Virus record (IMG/VR): IMGVR_UViG_3300032226_000551
Span: 32,001-96,000 of that record
Length of the DNA: 64,000 nucleotides
DNA from: a virus
Taxonomy: Duplodnaviria; Caudoviricetes
Direction: 5' to 3' (one strand)
A model generated the notes under the pieces. That model did not search any database. It was given only the letters and a program-made list of their open reading frames with translations, and was not told the origin of the DNA. The position numbers and the translations under genes are program-made. This document shows, piece by piece, positions 19,042-28,766 of this stretch (positions are counted from its first letter, which is position 1; each line of letters starts with the position of its first letter).

Positions 19042-19764
19042 ATGAAATTATCATTCAATCAAACTTATAGCAATGATCGCAAGATATTATTAGAAGCAAG
19101 ACTTAGGGATAAAAAGTTTATAGAGTTTCTTTCTTTTTTTGATATTAATATTTTCTCATTCCATAACTGTAATGATAATATTCTTGATTTTTTTAAGAAT
19201 ATTAAAAATAAAATACCTAATGTTAAAATACATATTAATAATAATATTAGTTATACACAATGTATAAGAAGATTGCTACGGATAGTAGAAACTCTTAATG
19301 TAAAACATTTTTTCTTTTATCAGGATGATACATTTAGTTGCGATAATAATATATCATTCGATGGTTTGTTAAATTATGTTTTTAAACAAAATGATATAAT
19401 GTTGACATTATATGAAAGAAAAGAATTTTTTGAAGATGGAACTGTACTACTGGAATCGTTTGATGATTTAGATTTATATTCAAATAATACAGAAAATTTT
19501 GTAAAACATAACAGATGGTCTTTTGATGATTCACCATATATATGTACTACTAACTATTTATCGCAAATATATGATGAGAATTATTTGAATCATTCCGATG
19601 TATGGTCAGCCGAATGTTATAATAATTTTAAATTTAAAACTTCACCTATTAATCGTTATATAACTAATAAATCTTTATTTAAAAATTATAATTTTATAGG
19701 TCGTAATAATTGGAATAAAGATGAAGAAATTAAAACACTTAAAGAAAAAAATATACTACCTTAA
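19042..19764 (+). CDS. Putative GT-A-fold protein
   Basis: FFYQDD acidic motif; located in glycosylation island. Confidence 0.45.
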   Translation: MKLSFNQTYSNDRKILLEARLRDKKFIEFLSFFDINIFSFHNCNDNILDFFKNIKNKIPNVKIHINNNISYTQCIRRLLRIVETLNVKHFFFYQDDTFSCDNNISFDGLLNYVFKQNDIMLTLYERKEFFEDGTVLLESFDDLDLYSNNTENFVKHNRWSFDDSPYICTTNYLSQIYDENYLNHSDVWSAECYNNFKFKTSPINRYITNKSLFKNYNFIGRNNWNKDEEIKTLKEKNILP

Positions 19765-19798
19765 TTTTTTTTTAAAAAAATAGTTGCAAATTAAAAAT

Positions 19799-20683
19799 AT
19801 GAAAATAGCATTCGGAATGATTGTTTTTGAAGGTGATTATGTTCTAAAAGAATGTTTAGAACAAGTATATCCTTTTGCTTCACAAATTTTAATAGCAGAA
19901 GGTCCGGTAAATTATTGGCAGAGGCAAGGCAGAACTACTTCTTTAGATCAAACTAATGAAATCTTAGATAATTTCCCAGATCCAGAAAATAAAATTAGAA
20001 TAGTGCATGGTCAATTCAATGAAAAAGATGATCAATGCAAAGCTTACATGCAATATATCAATGATGATATAGATTATATTTGGAATTTAGATTCTGATGA
20101 AATATATAAATCAGAGGATATACAAAAAATTATTAATATATTAAACGAACATCAACCCACTAGTATAGGTGTAAGAAGCTGTTCTTTTTATGGAAGTTTT
20201 GATCATTATTTGACTGGATTTGAACTTAATACAGATAATTTTTTAAGAATTTTTAAATATATCAAAGGTTCTACTTGGCAAACCCACAGACCTCCTACCG
20301 TTCAATACCCTACAGGATCTAATATAGAGAGAAAACATATCAATAGTGATACATTATATAACACATTTGGAATTCAAATGTATCACTATTCTTATGTTTT
20401 TCCTGATCAGGTATACAAAAAAGTTAATTATTATAAAGATAGTGTGAGCAGGGATAATTGCATAGACAATTATTTTAATGAAATTTATTTGCCTTGGGTC
20501 AAAGGTTCTGAACAAGATAAACAAAATATAGAGTCGAAGTTCATTGGTGTACACGAATTTAAACCTCATGTTAGGGGAGAATGTTACACCGCTAAATTTG
20601 AAAATGTTCATCCAGAAGCAATAGAAAAGAATATTTTAAATTTAAAAGAAAAATTTAATTCTCAGCTTAAAAAATATGAATGA
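19799..20683 (+). CDS. Glycosyltransferase (GT2-like)
   Basis: IAFGMIVFEG, IAEG, WNLDSDE DxD motif, MYHYSY. Confidence 0.75.
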   Translation: MKIAFGMIVFEGDYVLKECLEQVYPFASQILIAEGPVNYWQRQGRTTSLDQTNEILDNFPDPENKIRIVHGQFNEKDDQCKAYMQYINDDIDYIWNLDSDEIYKSEDIQKIINILNEHQPTSIGVRSCSFYGSFDHYLTGFELNTDNFLRIFKYIKGSTWQTHRPPTVQYPTGSNIERKHINSDTLYNTFGIQMYHYSYVFPDQVYKKVNYYKDSVSRDNCIDNYFNEIYLPWVKGSEQDKQNIESKFIGVHEFKPHVRGECYTAKFENVHPEAIEKNILNLKEKFNSQLKKYE

Positions 20684-21602
20684 TAAACCTTTAGATTTTT
20701 TTGTTGTGGATTTTGAGTCTATATTAAAAGACGTAAAAATAGAATGTGTTGATAGTCATATCAAAGAATATCTAGAAGGTGGTAGACAAGATATTTTAGA
20801 AAATATTGATTTGTTTTGTGAGAATGTAAGATCTGTAGACAAACCCTTTAAACAATTTGAATTATTTAACAAAATTGATTCAATCAATTCGGATACTATT
20901 ATTGTAATAAGTTTATATTTAGAATTACTACAATACTGGGGTAGACATAATAAAATAAAAGAATTATGTGGATATTATTGCAACAAATATCCAAACAATA
21001 AAATAGTAGTCCATTGGAATCATGATACAGATGCAAAACAAATTTTTAATTTTATAGATGATTATAAAAATTTATATGTATTAAATTTTAATACTAGTTT
21101 GAACCACGAAAGATTTATTATTTTACCTTTTTGGTGTATAAATGATTCTTTTGTAGAAGCTTCTAAAACAAAATTTGCTAACTTGATTTGTTCTCTAAAT
21201 AACGAGTTAAGGTATGAATTATATAATACATTAAATGGTGATCCAAATTTTTATGTTTCACAAAGAGTAGAATATTCAGAATACGAGAATGTATTAAGTT
21301 CTTCTGTTTTTACATTTTGTCCAAAAGGAGTTGGATTATCATCTTATAGATTTTTTGAATGTTTTCATTTGAATACAATACCGATTCTAATTGCAGACGA
21401 TGTTATATTACCTTTTGAAAAGGATTTAGATTATAAAAATTTTATTGTTAAGATACCAGAAAACAAAATTTTAGATTTAAATTATATAAAAAATATATTA
21501 TCTCAAATAAATCAAAATGAATTTTTAGATAAAATAAAAGAAGTAAAAGAATTTTTTACTTTAAAAGGAGCACAAAAAGAAATTTATAAAAAATTAAAAT
21601 GA
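20676..21602 (+). CDS. Exostosin-like (GT47) glycosyltransferase
   Basis: SVFTFCPKGVGLSSYRFFECFHLNTIPILIADDVILPF. Confidence 0.8.
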   Translation: MNDKPLDFFVVDFESILKDVKIECVDSHIKEYLEGGRQDILENIDLFCENVRSVDKPFKQFELFNKIDSINSDTIIVISLYLELLQYWGRHNKIKELCGYYCNKYPNNKIVVHWNHDTDAKQIFNFIDDYKNLYVLNFNTSLNHERFIILPFWCINDSFVEASKTKFANLICSLNNELRYELYNTLNGDPNFYVSQRVEYSEYENVLSSSVFTFCPKGVGLSSYRFFECFHLNTIPILIADDVILPFEKDLDYKNFIVKIPENKILDLNYIKNILSQINQNEFLDKIKEVKEFFTLKGAQKEIYKKLK

Positions 21603-22411
21603 TACCTGTAATTTTTATTCACACTGGTTTGCAAGAGTATTTGTTTTATACGTTAAAACAAGCAACTAAATTTAATGACAATGTATATTTAATTGGTGAT
21701 ATTAATCCTAATTTAAATGCAATTAATTTTTTTAATATGCAAGAATATAATCAAGAATTTGATTTTTTTGAAAAGAATTACATTCATTTAACAACTACTC
21801 CATTTAATTATGAATTATTTTGTTATAAAAGATGGTTTGTTTTAAAGAATTTTATGGAGTCTAAAAAAATAGATGTAGTTTTTTATTGTGATTCTGATGT
21901 ATTGTTATTTTCTAACATAGAAAAAGAATGGATCAATTTTAATCAATATGATTTGACTTTATTACACCGGACAGCACCAGTTTCTTCTTTTATAACTTAT
22001 AGAGGGATTACAAATTTTTGTAATATGTTACAAGAAATATATAATAATAAAAATTCTTATCATTACAAAAAGATAGCTTCTCATTATGATGTAAGAAAAG
22101 AATTTAATCTACCAGGTGGAGTTTGTGATATGACCTTATTTGAATACTTTCATTACAATCATGACTTGGGAGGTGGTCCCGGAAGAGTGGGTGAAATGAT
22201 GGGTATTATCAATGACTCTACCTATGATCATAATATAAACACTTCAGATCAAGATTTTTCAATGAAAAATGGATTAAAAAATGTAAAAATAAAAGATGGC
22301 ATTCCTTACGTATATAATGAAAAATTAAAAAAAGACATAAAATTTAATTCTTTACATTTTCAAGGTGGTTCTAAATATTTTATAAAAATGGCTTATGAAA
22401 AATGTAATTGA
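21599..22411 (+). CDS. Putative nucleotide-sugar transferase (GT-A)
   Basis: CYKRWFVL, YCDSDVL, VCDMTL, SLHFQG. Confidence 0.65.
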   Translation: MIPVIFIHTGLQEYLFYTLKQATKFNDNVYLIGDINPNLNAINFFNMQEYNQEFDFFEKNYIHLTTTPFNYELFCYKRWFVLKNFMESKKIDVVFYCDSDVLLFSNIEKEWINFNQYDLTLLHRTAPVSSFITYRGITNFCNMLQEIYNNKNSYHYKKIASHYDVRKEFNLPGGVCDMTLFEYFHYNHDLGGGPGRVGEMMGIINDSTYDHNINTSDQDFSMKNGLKNVKIKDGIPYVYNEKLKKDIKFNSLHFQGGSKYFIKMAYEKCN

Positions 22412-22997
22412 CTCTTGGAAAAATAAAGAGGTTTTTTTAAAACAGCTAAATTTCAATTTAAATGAAATATTATGCACAGACAATTATCCTGAGCATTGGA
22501 AATCATTTATAGTCTTATTAGATAATTTTAAAAATAAAAAAATATTAGATATTGGATGTGGTTGTGGAACATATTATCAAATATGCAAGAAGCACTTTCC
22601 TCATATAGAATATACCGGAATAGATTATGCCGAAGAAGCAATTTCCTTAGCAAAATCTGTATGGAATTATGACAATTTTTATGTTAAGAATTATACAGAC
22701 TTAACTCCAGATTATGTTAGATCTTTCGATTTAATACATTTAGGAGCAGTATTAGACGTATTACCCAACGGTGATGAAGCTCTTGAATTTATACTAAACC
22801 TTTCAGCTAATAACATTCTCATAGGAAGAATGAAATTAACTGATAAAGAAAGTTATTATGAAATATATCAAGCATATGGTGAAATAGAAACATGCGCTTA
22901 TTACCACAATAAACAAAAATTTATTGATATAGCAAAACAATATAACTATTGTATATATAATATAGAAGATAATTTTTACTTAAAAAAACATGAATGA
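22395..22997 (+). CDS. Class I SAM-dependent methyltransferase
   Basis: ILDIGCGCG, YTGID. Confidence 0.85.
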   Translation: MKNVIDSWKNKEVFLKQLNFNLNEILCTDNYPEHWKSFIVLLDNFKNKKILDIGCGCGTYYQICKKHFPHIEYTGIDYAEEAISLAKSVWNYDNFYVKNYTDLTPDYVRSFDLIHLGAVLDVLPNGDEALEFILNLSANNILIGRMKLTDKESYYEIYQAYGEIETCAYYHNKQKFIDIAKQYNYCIYNIEDNFYLKKHE

Positions 22998-23757
22998 TAA
23001 CATAAGCAATATATTTCCTCAGAAATGGGAAAGGGATGATTTAATTTCTTATTTGGATGAATTTTATGAGTTATATAATTCAAGACCTATAAAAGATAAT
23101 AATGGAGGAATGAAGTCGCCTCATATGTTTTCTGCTTGGTATATAATTAAGAAGCTAAAACCAAAATATTTAATAGAAAGTGGAGTTTGGAAAGGCTTAG
23201 GAACTTGGTTTTTTGAAAAGGCTAGTCCAGAAACTAAAATAATATCGATAGACCCATATCCTCATTATAGAGAATATACCAGTCCTAATGTAATTTATCG
23301 TACAGAAGATTTTTTGATAACTAATTGGAGTAAATTTCCTAAAGAAGACACTTTAATATTTTTTGATGATCATCAAAATTTTTTAGAAAGATTAAAAAAA
23401 GCTCAAGAATGGGGATTTAAAAAGATAATGACAGAAGACAATTATCCATATCAACAAGGTGATTGTTACACTCCAAAAAAAATATTATCTAAAAAGGATT
23501 ATGTGATAGATAATGCTGGTCAAAAACAATGGTTTAATCATAACTTAGAGGATTATAATTATTTTATTAATAATATTAGTATATACCAAGAAATGTATCC
23601 TATATTCAAATCAAATATCACAAGATGGGGAGATTCATGGAATGATGAATATCCTACGCCAAAAGCTTTGTTGGATGAATCTTTTAAAGAAAAATATCCA
23701 GTATATTATAAAGAAAAATTAGATTATACATGGATTTGTTATTTAGAATTGAAATAA
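22990..23757 (+). CDS. Putative methyltransferase (Methyltransf_24-like)
   Basis: LIESGVWKGLGT, ISIDP, FFDDHQ, EDNY. Confidence 0.6.
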   Translation: MNDNISNIFPQKWERDDLISYLDEFYELYNSRPIKDNNGGMKSPHMFSAWYIIKKLKPKYLIESGVWKGLGTWFFEKASPETKIISIDPYPHYREYTSPNVIYRTEDFLITNWSKFPKEDTLIFFDDHQNFLERLKKAQEWGFKKIMTEDNYPYQQGDCYTPKKILSKKDYVIDNAGQKQWFNHNLEDYNYFINNISIYQEMYPIFKSNITRWGDSWNDEYPTPKALLDESFKEKYPVYYKEKLDYTWICYLELK

Positions 23758-23782
23758 TTAAAAAAGGATAATTTAAACATAT

Positions 23783-23819
23783 TATTATAGTTGAAATTCC
23801 ATAAGTTTCGACTATAATA
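23783..23819 (+). promoter_or_regulatory. Sigma70-type promoter inside a 14-bp inverted repeat
   Basis: TTGAAA-N16-TATAAT; arms TATTATAGTTGAAA / TTTCGACTATAATA. Confidence 0.6.
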
Positions 23820-23826
23820 TATCTAT

Positions 23827-24306
23827 ATGTTTGTAAGCAATGATGAAGAAACTTTCTTTTTCTCTTTTTTAAAAGATGATCTAACAGTTTTAGAATATGG
23901 TTCTGGAAAGTCAACCACTCAAATAAGCCAAAAAGTTAAACACTTGGTTTCTGTTGAACATCAGAAACAGTGGTTTGAAGAAGTTATTAAAGCAATACCT
24001 AAAAATTGTTCTTTAATGTTAAAAGAACCTTCAGAATTGTATATAGAAGGAGGTCAGGATGGATCTTATTCTCAGTTTAAAGATTACATAGAAGCACCCA
24101 TAGAACAAGGCCCTTATGATATTATCTTTATAGATGGAAGAGCGCGAGTAGGTTGCGCCTCTGTCTGCCATCTAATGTCTCATGAAAATACACACATTTT
24201 TATTCACGATTTTCATAGGCCAGAATATCAAGAAGCTTTAAAATATCTTGAATTAAAACAAAGAGTAGGTGAAATGGCTCTTTTTAAAATTAAAAAAAAT
24301 GATTAA
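23827..24306 (+). CDS. Putative glycan O-methyltransferase
   Basis: VLEYGSGKST, SVEH, IFIDGRAR, FIHD. Confidence 0.7.
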   Translation: MFVSNDEETFFFSFLKDDLTVLEYGSGKSTTQISQKVKHLVSVEHQKQWFEEVIKAIPKNCSLMLKEPSELYIEGGQDGSYSQFKDYIEAPIEQGPYDIIFIDGRARVGCASVCHLMSHENTHIFIHDFHRPEYQEALKYLELKQRVGEMALFKIKKND

Positions 24307-25225
24307 TTTATTTAATTTAAATAAACATATTTTAGATACCTCAAATTATCAAAATCTTTTACATGATAAGATTGTTACTGATTTTGAAAATGTTATTAAA
24401 AAATACGTAGGAGCTAAACATGCAGTATCTTTTAATAGTGCCACTAATGCTATATTTTTAGCACTTTTAAATAAAAACGTAACAGTCGAAGTACCTAGTA
24501 TGATACCATCCGTGGTACTAAATGCTATTATTACTTCTAATAATCAATATAAATTTACAGATGACACAGAATGGATAGGTAATTCTTATATACTACATAA
24601 ATTTAAAAATTATAAGATAGTAGATTCCGCTCAAAAATTAGAAAAAGATCAATTTAAAAAAGAATGTGATCCTAATGATTTATTAATTTTTAGTTTTTAT
24701 CCTACAAAACCAGTAGGAGGTTGTGATGGAGGAATGATAGTTTCCGATGATGAAGAGAAAATCAATTATTTAAGAGAGATGGCATTCAATGGAATGTCTT
24801 ATGCTAATAATAACTGGGAAAGAGTAGTAAAATATACGGGATATAAAATGTATATGAATAGTATACAAGCAGACATAGCTCTAAGAAATTTTAAATTGTA
24901 TAATAATAAACTTAAAAAATTAAAAAAAATAAGAAATTTATACAACAAAAAATTGGGATATACTAATTCCAGTAATCATTTATATAGAATAGATGTAGAT
25001 GATAGAAATGGATTTATTAAATATATGAAAGATAATGGTGTATTATGTGGTATTCATTACGAAGCAGCACATTTGAATCCGGTTTATGCTCTTTCTGAAT
25101 CAAAATGTCCAATTTCAGAAATTAAATCCACAAAAACCGTATCAATACCTTTCCATGAAAATTTGACAGAACAAGATATATATTGTATATTAGAACTAAT
25201 ATGTCAATGGAACCATATAAATTAA
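24299..25225 (+). CDS. DegT/DnrJ/EryC1/StrS-family sugar aminotransferase (FdtB/QdtB-like)
   Basis: FNSAT, IVDSAQ, FSFYPTK (PLP Lys), GYKMYM, GIHY, SIPFH. Confidence 0.85.
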   Translation: MINLFNLNKHILDTSNYQNLLHDKIVTDFENVIKKYVGAKHAVSFNSATNAIFLALLNKNVTVEVPSMIPSVVLNAIITSNNQYKFTDDTEWIGNSYILHKFKNYKIVDSAQKLEKDQFKKECDPNDLLIFSFYPTKPVGGCDGGMIVSDDEEKINYLREMAFNGMSYANNNWERVVKYTGYKMYMNSIQADIALRNFKLYNNKLKKLKKIRNLYNKKLGYTNSSNHLYRIDVDDRNGFIKYMKDNGVLCGIHYEAAHLNPVYALSESKCPISEIKSTKTVSIPFHENLTEQDIYCILELICQWNHIN

Positions 25226-25602
25226 AATCTTTCGATGATGAAAGAGGTTCTTTATTGCCTCTAGAATTTAGCTCTATTCCTTTTGAAGTTAAAAGGATAT
25301 TTGTAGTTAATAACGTACCTATTAATGTTTTAAGAGGTAATCATTCACATTATAAAACCAAACAATTAATTGTTTGTACTAAGGGTAAGGTTAATGTTAT
25401 ACTTCATGATGGAAAAAAAGAAAAAATATACAATCTTAATAAATTTCAAAATATATTAGTACCTGAACTGATTTGGGATTCTCAAATCTTCTTAACCGAA
25501 GATACAGAACTTTTAGTTTTATGCTCTACCCCATATGATAAAAACGATTATATATTCGATTTTGACTTTTTTTTAAAAATTAAAAACAATGAAAAAAATT
25601 AA
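25201..25602 (+). CDS. dTDP-4-keto-6-deoxyglucose 3,4-ketoisomerase (FdtA/QdtA cupin)
   Basis: DERGSL, IPFEVKRIF, RGNHSH, YDKNDYI. Confidence 0.85.
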   Translation: MSMEPYKLKSFDDERGSLLPLEFSSIPFEVKRIFVVNNVPINVLRGNHSHYKTKQLIVCTKGKVNVILHDGKKEKIYNLNKFQNILVPELIWDSQIFLTEDTELLVLCSTPYDKNDYIFDFDFFLKIKNNEKN

Positions 25603-27388
25603 TTTTAAAAATATTTGTATTAAAAACTTTTTATCAGTAGGTGATAAAAAAATAGATATAGATTTTCAAACTGGCATAAATCTACTAACAGGTATTAATA
25701 AAGATAATAATACAAGAAATGGTGTTGGTAAATCATCCATAATAGAATCTGTATATTGGTGTTTGTTTGGTAGTACTATAAGAGATATAAAAAACGATAA
25801 AATAATTCACAACCAACAAAAAAAAGGATGTGATGTAACATTAAGTTTTGATGTTATTGGTGTAGACTCTGATAAAAACTCATATCAGCTAATAAGAAGC
25901 TTGGGACCGAGTAAAATTCAGTTATTAAAGGATAATGTAGACATAACCTTATCAACGATTCCAGCAAATGATGAATTCATACAAAATTTAATAGGTGCTA
26001 CACCAGAAGTATTCAATAATGCTGTCATCATGACAGCTAACAATACACTTCCCTTCATGGCACAGAAGAAGATAGAGAAAAGAAAATTCATAGAAGGCAT
26101 CTTGAACTTAAATATCTTCACGGAAATGCTTTTAAAGGCAAGATCTGATTTCAATGACACCAAAAAACAAAATGATATTCTTTCTAATAATTTTTTAAAC
26201 CAACAAAAGAATCTAGACATTTTTGAAAGCCAAATTGTAAAAAATAAACAAAAAAAGAAAGATAAGATTGATAGTATCAATGTTACAATTCAAAAAATTA
26301 AAGATGATATAGCATCAACCGAAAAAATAAATGTATCTTTGGATGACATATTAGTAAAAATTAAAGAAAATGATACAAAACTTATTAAATTAGAAACCGG
26401 ATTGACTAAACTAGATGAAGACATCTTAGAATATTCCAAAAAACAAATAGAATATAAAACATATATTCAAAATGAAAAAAATAAGTTAAAAGAATTTGAT
26501 AAAAAGAAAGATTTCTGTCCAACCTGTAATAGAAAATTCGAAAATTTAATAGAAGATAATCACAAATGTTTAAAAGAAGATTGTTTATTGATTATAGAAA
26601 AAAATGAAATGCTTTTAACTGATATCAACGACAAAATTAATGTCAAAAACACAAAAAAACAAGAAATAAAACAATTTATTTTTGGCATAAAAGACAAAAA
26701 TAAAAAATTACAAGAAGAAAAAAATTCCGTAGAGTTAAAAAACCAAAAGATAAACAATTTTAAGGATAAAATAAAAGAATACGAGAGTCAGATAGAAGAA
26801 TTAATAAACGAAAAGGATGCAACTGACGAACAAATAGAAGTAATTAAAAAAGAAATTTGTAAGATAGAAAAAGATTTAGAAAATGTTAAAAAGGAACTGT
26901 CCATTTTAGAAGAAATAAAATTTGTTTTATCAGAAGAAGGCGTGAAAACACATATTATTAAAAAGTTATTAACCTTATTCAATCAAAAAATCAATTTTTA
27001 TTTAAAATCTATGGATGCACCATGCACATGTGAATTTGATGAGATGTTTGAAGAGAAAATTATTAATGTATATGGTAACGAATGCTCTTATTTCAATTTT
27101 AGTGGCGGGGAAAGAAAGAGAATAGACATTTCTGTACTATTTGCATTCCAAGATATTTTAAGATTGTATTCAGGTACATCTTTTTCATTGAGTATTTACG
27201 ATGAATTGTTTGATTCGGCTATAGATGAATCCGGAATAGAGAAAATAATGAATATTTTGAAAAAAAGAGTGGAAGATTATAATGAGTGTATATACATAGT
27301 TTCTCATAATAAGAGTTCTATTAAAAGTAATTTTGATAATATACTGGAAATAGAGAAATATAAGGGAGAAACAAGTTTAAAAACTTGA
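25589..27388 (+). CDS. gp46: Recombination ATPase gp46 (Rad50/SbcC-like)
   Basis: NFLSVG, NGVGKSS, zinc hook CPTC, FSGGE, YDE, VSH. Confidence 0.95.
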   Translation: MKKINFKNICIKNFLSVGDKKIDIDFQTGINLLTGINKDNNTRNGVGKSSIIESVYWCLFGSTIRDIKNDKIIHNQQKKGCDVTLSFDVIGVDSDKNSYQLIRSLGPSKIQLLKDNVDITLSTIPANDEFIQNLIGATPEVFNNAVIMTANNTLPFMAQKKIEKRKFIEGILNLNIFTEMLLKARSDFNDTKKQNDILSNNFLNQQKNLDIFESQIVKNKQKKKDKIDSINVTIQKIKDDIASTEKINVSLDDILVKIKENDTKLIKLETGLTKLDEDILEYSKKQIEYKTYIQNEKNKLKEFDKKKDFCPTCNRKFENLIEDNHKCLKEDCLLIIEKNEMLLTDINDKINVKNTKKQEIKQFIFGIKDKNKKLQEEKNSVELKNQKINNFKDKIKEYESQIEELINEKDATDEQIEVIKKEICKIEKDLENVKKELSILEEIKFVLSEEGVKTHIIKKLLTLFNQKINFYLKSMDAPCTCEFDEMFEEKIINVYGNECSYFNFSGGERKRIDISVLFAFQDILRLYSGTSFSLSIYDELFDSAIDESGIEKIMNILKKRVEDYNECIYIVSHNKSSIKSNFDNILEIEKYKGETSLKT

Positions 27389-27412
27389 TATTTTACTAAT
27401 TTATAATAAAAT
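27385..27412 (+). promoter_or_regulatory. Sigma70-type promoter abutting start codon
   Basis: TTGATA-N16-TAAAAT; ATG 27420. Confidence 0.5.
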
Positions 27413-27419
27413 ATAGTAT

Positions 27420-28727
27420 ATGGCTTTAAAAATAAAAAATTCTTCTGACACTAATAATGGAAATAATGTAGTATATGAATATCAGCCAGTTAAAAGTGGA
27501 GTTCCCTCATTACCACTCGGATGTCCAGTTGGAATGCCAACATATTCGTATGTTGGTTATAAACCAGTCAGAATTCCCTCCGCGCCACCTGTTGAGATGC
27601 CAGAAAGCAATCTACCTAGAGCATTAAATTATTATGCAGACTATGGTGGATGTGGATTCTGGAGAATGATATGGCCTGAATACGTTTTAAATGGTTATCA
27701 GAAGGCATGTATTTCTGGAATGACACAGATGATATTAGATTTGCGTTTTTATGGTTCATTAAAATCCATAAGAATGCAAAGACAGGCAACTCCCGCACAA
27801 AACTCTTTTATAAAAGAACTGCATAAAGTTAAATCTCAAACCGGATATAGATTAATATACGAAATTGATGATATAGTATTTAAAGACGATATCCCCGATT
27901 ATAATAGATGCAAAGATGCATTTGTCGATGAAAACATAGTAAAGAGTATTATGGAAATTATGGGAATGATGGATGAGATTACCGTTACCTGTAAATACAT
28001 GAAGGAATACTATATTTCTAAAACTGGAAATAAAAATGTCACAGTCATTCCCAACTATCCTCCAAAATTTTGGTTAGATAAATTCCATAATAGAGAAAGA
28101 TTACAAAAAACATACGAACAAAATAAGAAAAGACCTAGAATTTTATATTCTGGATCGGGAACACACATCGATGTATTGAATAAAACAGGACTCAATGACG
28201 ATTTCAAGCATGTTACCGATGCTATCATTAAAGCCAGAAAGAAATTTAAATTTGTTTGGAAGGGTTGTTATCCATTAGTAATGAAACCATTTATTGATAA
28301 TGGTGAAATGGAATATATTGATTGGTCGCCTCTATTGGAGTATCCACAAGGATTATATGATGCTAATTGTAATGCGGTCTTTGCTTCGTTACAAGATAAT
28401 GTGTTTAATAAATCCAAGAGTAATATTAAAATGATAGAATCGGGAGGATTAGGACTACCCGGTGCGTTTCAAGACTTGTGTACATACGAAGAAGCAGACT
28501 TCAAATTTAAATCCGGTGATGATTTAATAAATCAGTTGGAACATTTAACTTCCGACTTTGATCGTTACATGAAATATTCCGATAAATCTAGAAAATTCGT
28601 AGAAGGATTATGGTTGGAAGATCATATACAAGAATATGAGGCGATATACTTTACTGCATTTGGTAGTAAAGAAAGAAATGCAATGTCGCCAAGACTTATT
28701 GAGTTGAATCCCGATCAAAAGATATAA
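27420..28727 (+). CDS. GT-B fold glycosyltransferase
   Basis: GGCGFWRMIWP, YEIDD, VIPNY, SGSGTH, NVFNKSKSNIKMIE. Confidence 0.8.
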   Translation: MALKIKNSSDTNNGNNVVYEYQPVKSGVPSLPLGCPVGMPTYSYVGYKPVRIPSAPPVEMPESNLPRALNYYADYGGCGFWRMIWPEYVLNGYQKACISGMTQMILDLRFYGSLKSIRMQRQATPAQNSFIKELHKVKSQTGYRLIYEIDDIVFKDDIPDYNRCKDAFVDENIVKSIMEIMGMMDEITVTCKYMKEYYISKTGNKNVTVIPNYPPKFWLDKFHNRERLQKTYEQNKKRPRILYSGSGTHIDVLNKTGLNDDFKHVTDAIIKARKKFKFVWKGCYPLVMKPFIDNGEMEYIDWSPLLEYPQGLYDANCNAVFASLQDNVFNKSKSNIKMIESGGLGLPGAFQDLCTYEEADFKFKSGDDLINQLEHLTSDFDRYMKYSDKSRKFVEGLWLEDHIQEYEAIYFTAFGSKERNAMSPRLIELNPDQKI

Positions 28728-28732
28728 ATTTC

Positions 28733-28760
28733 TTGATTTTTATTCCAAAAACATTATTAT
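28733..28760 (+). promoter_or_regulatory. Sigma70-type promoter abutting DNA polymerase start
   Basis: TTGATT-N16-TATTAT; ATG 28767. Confidence 0.5.
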
Positions 28761-28766
28761 AATCTC

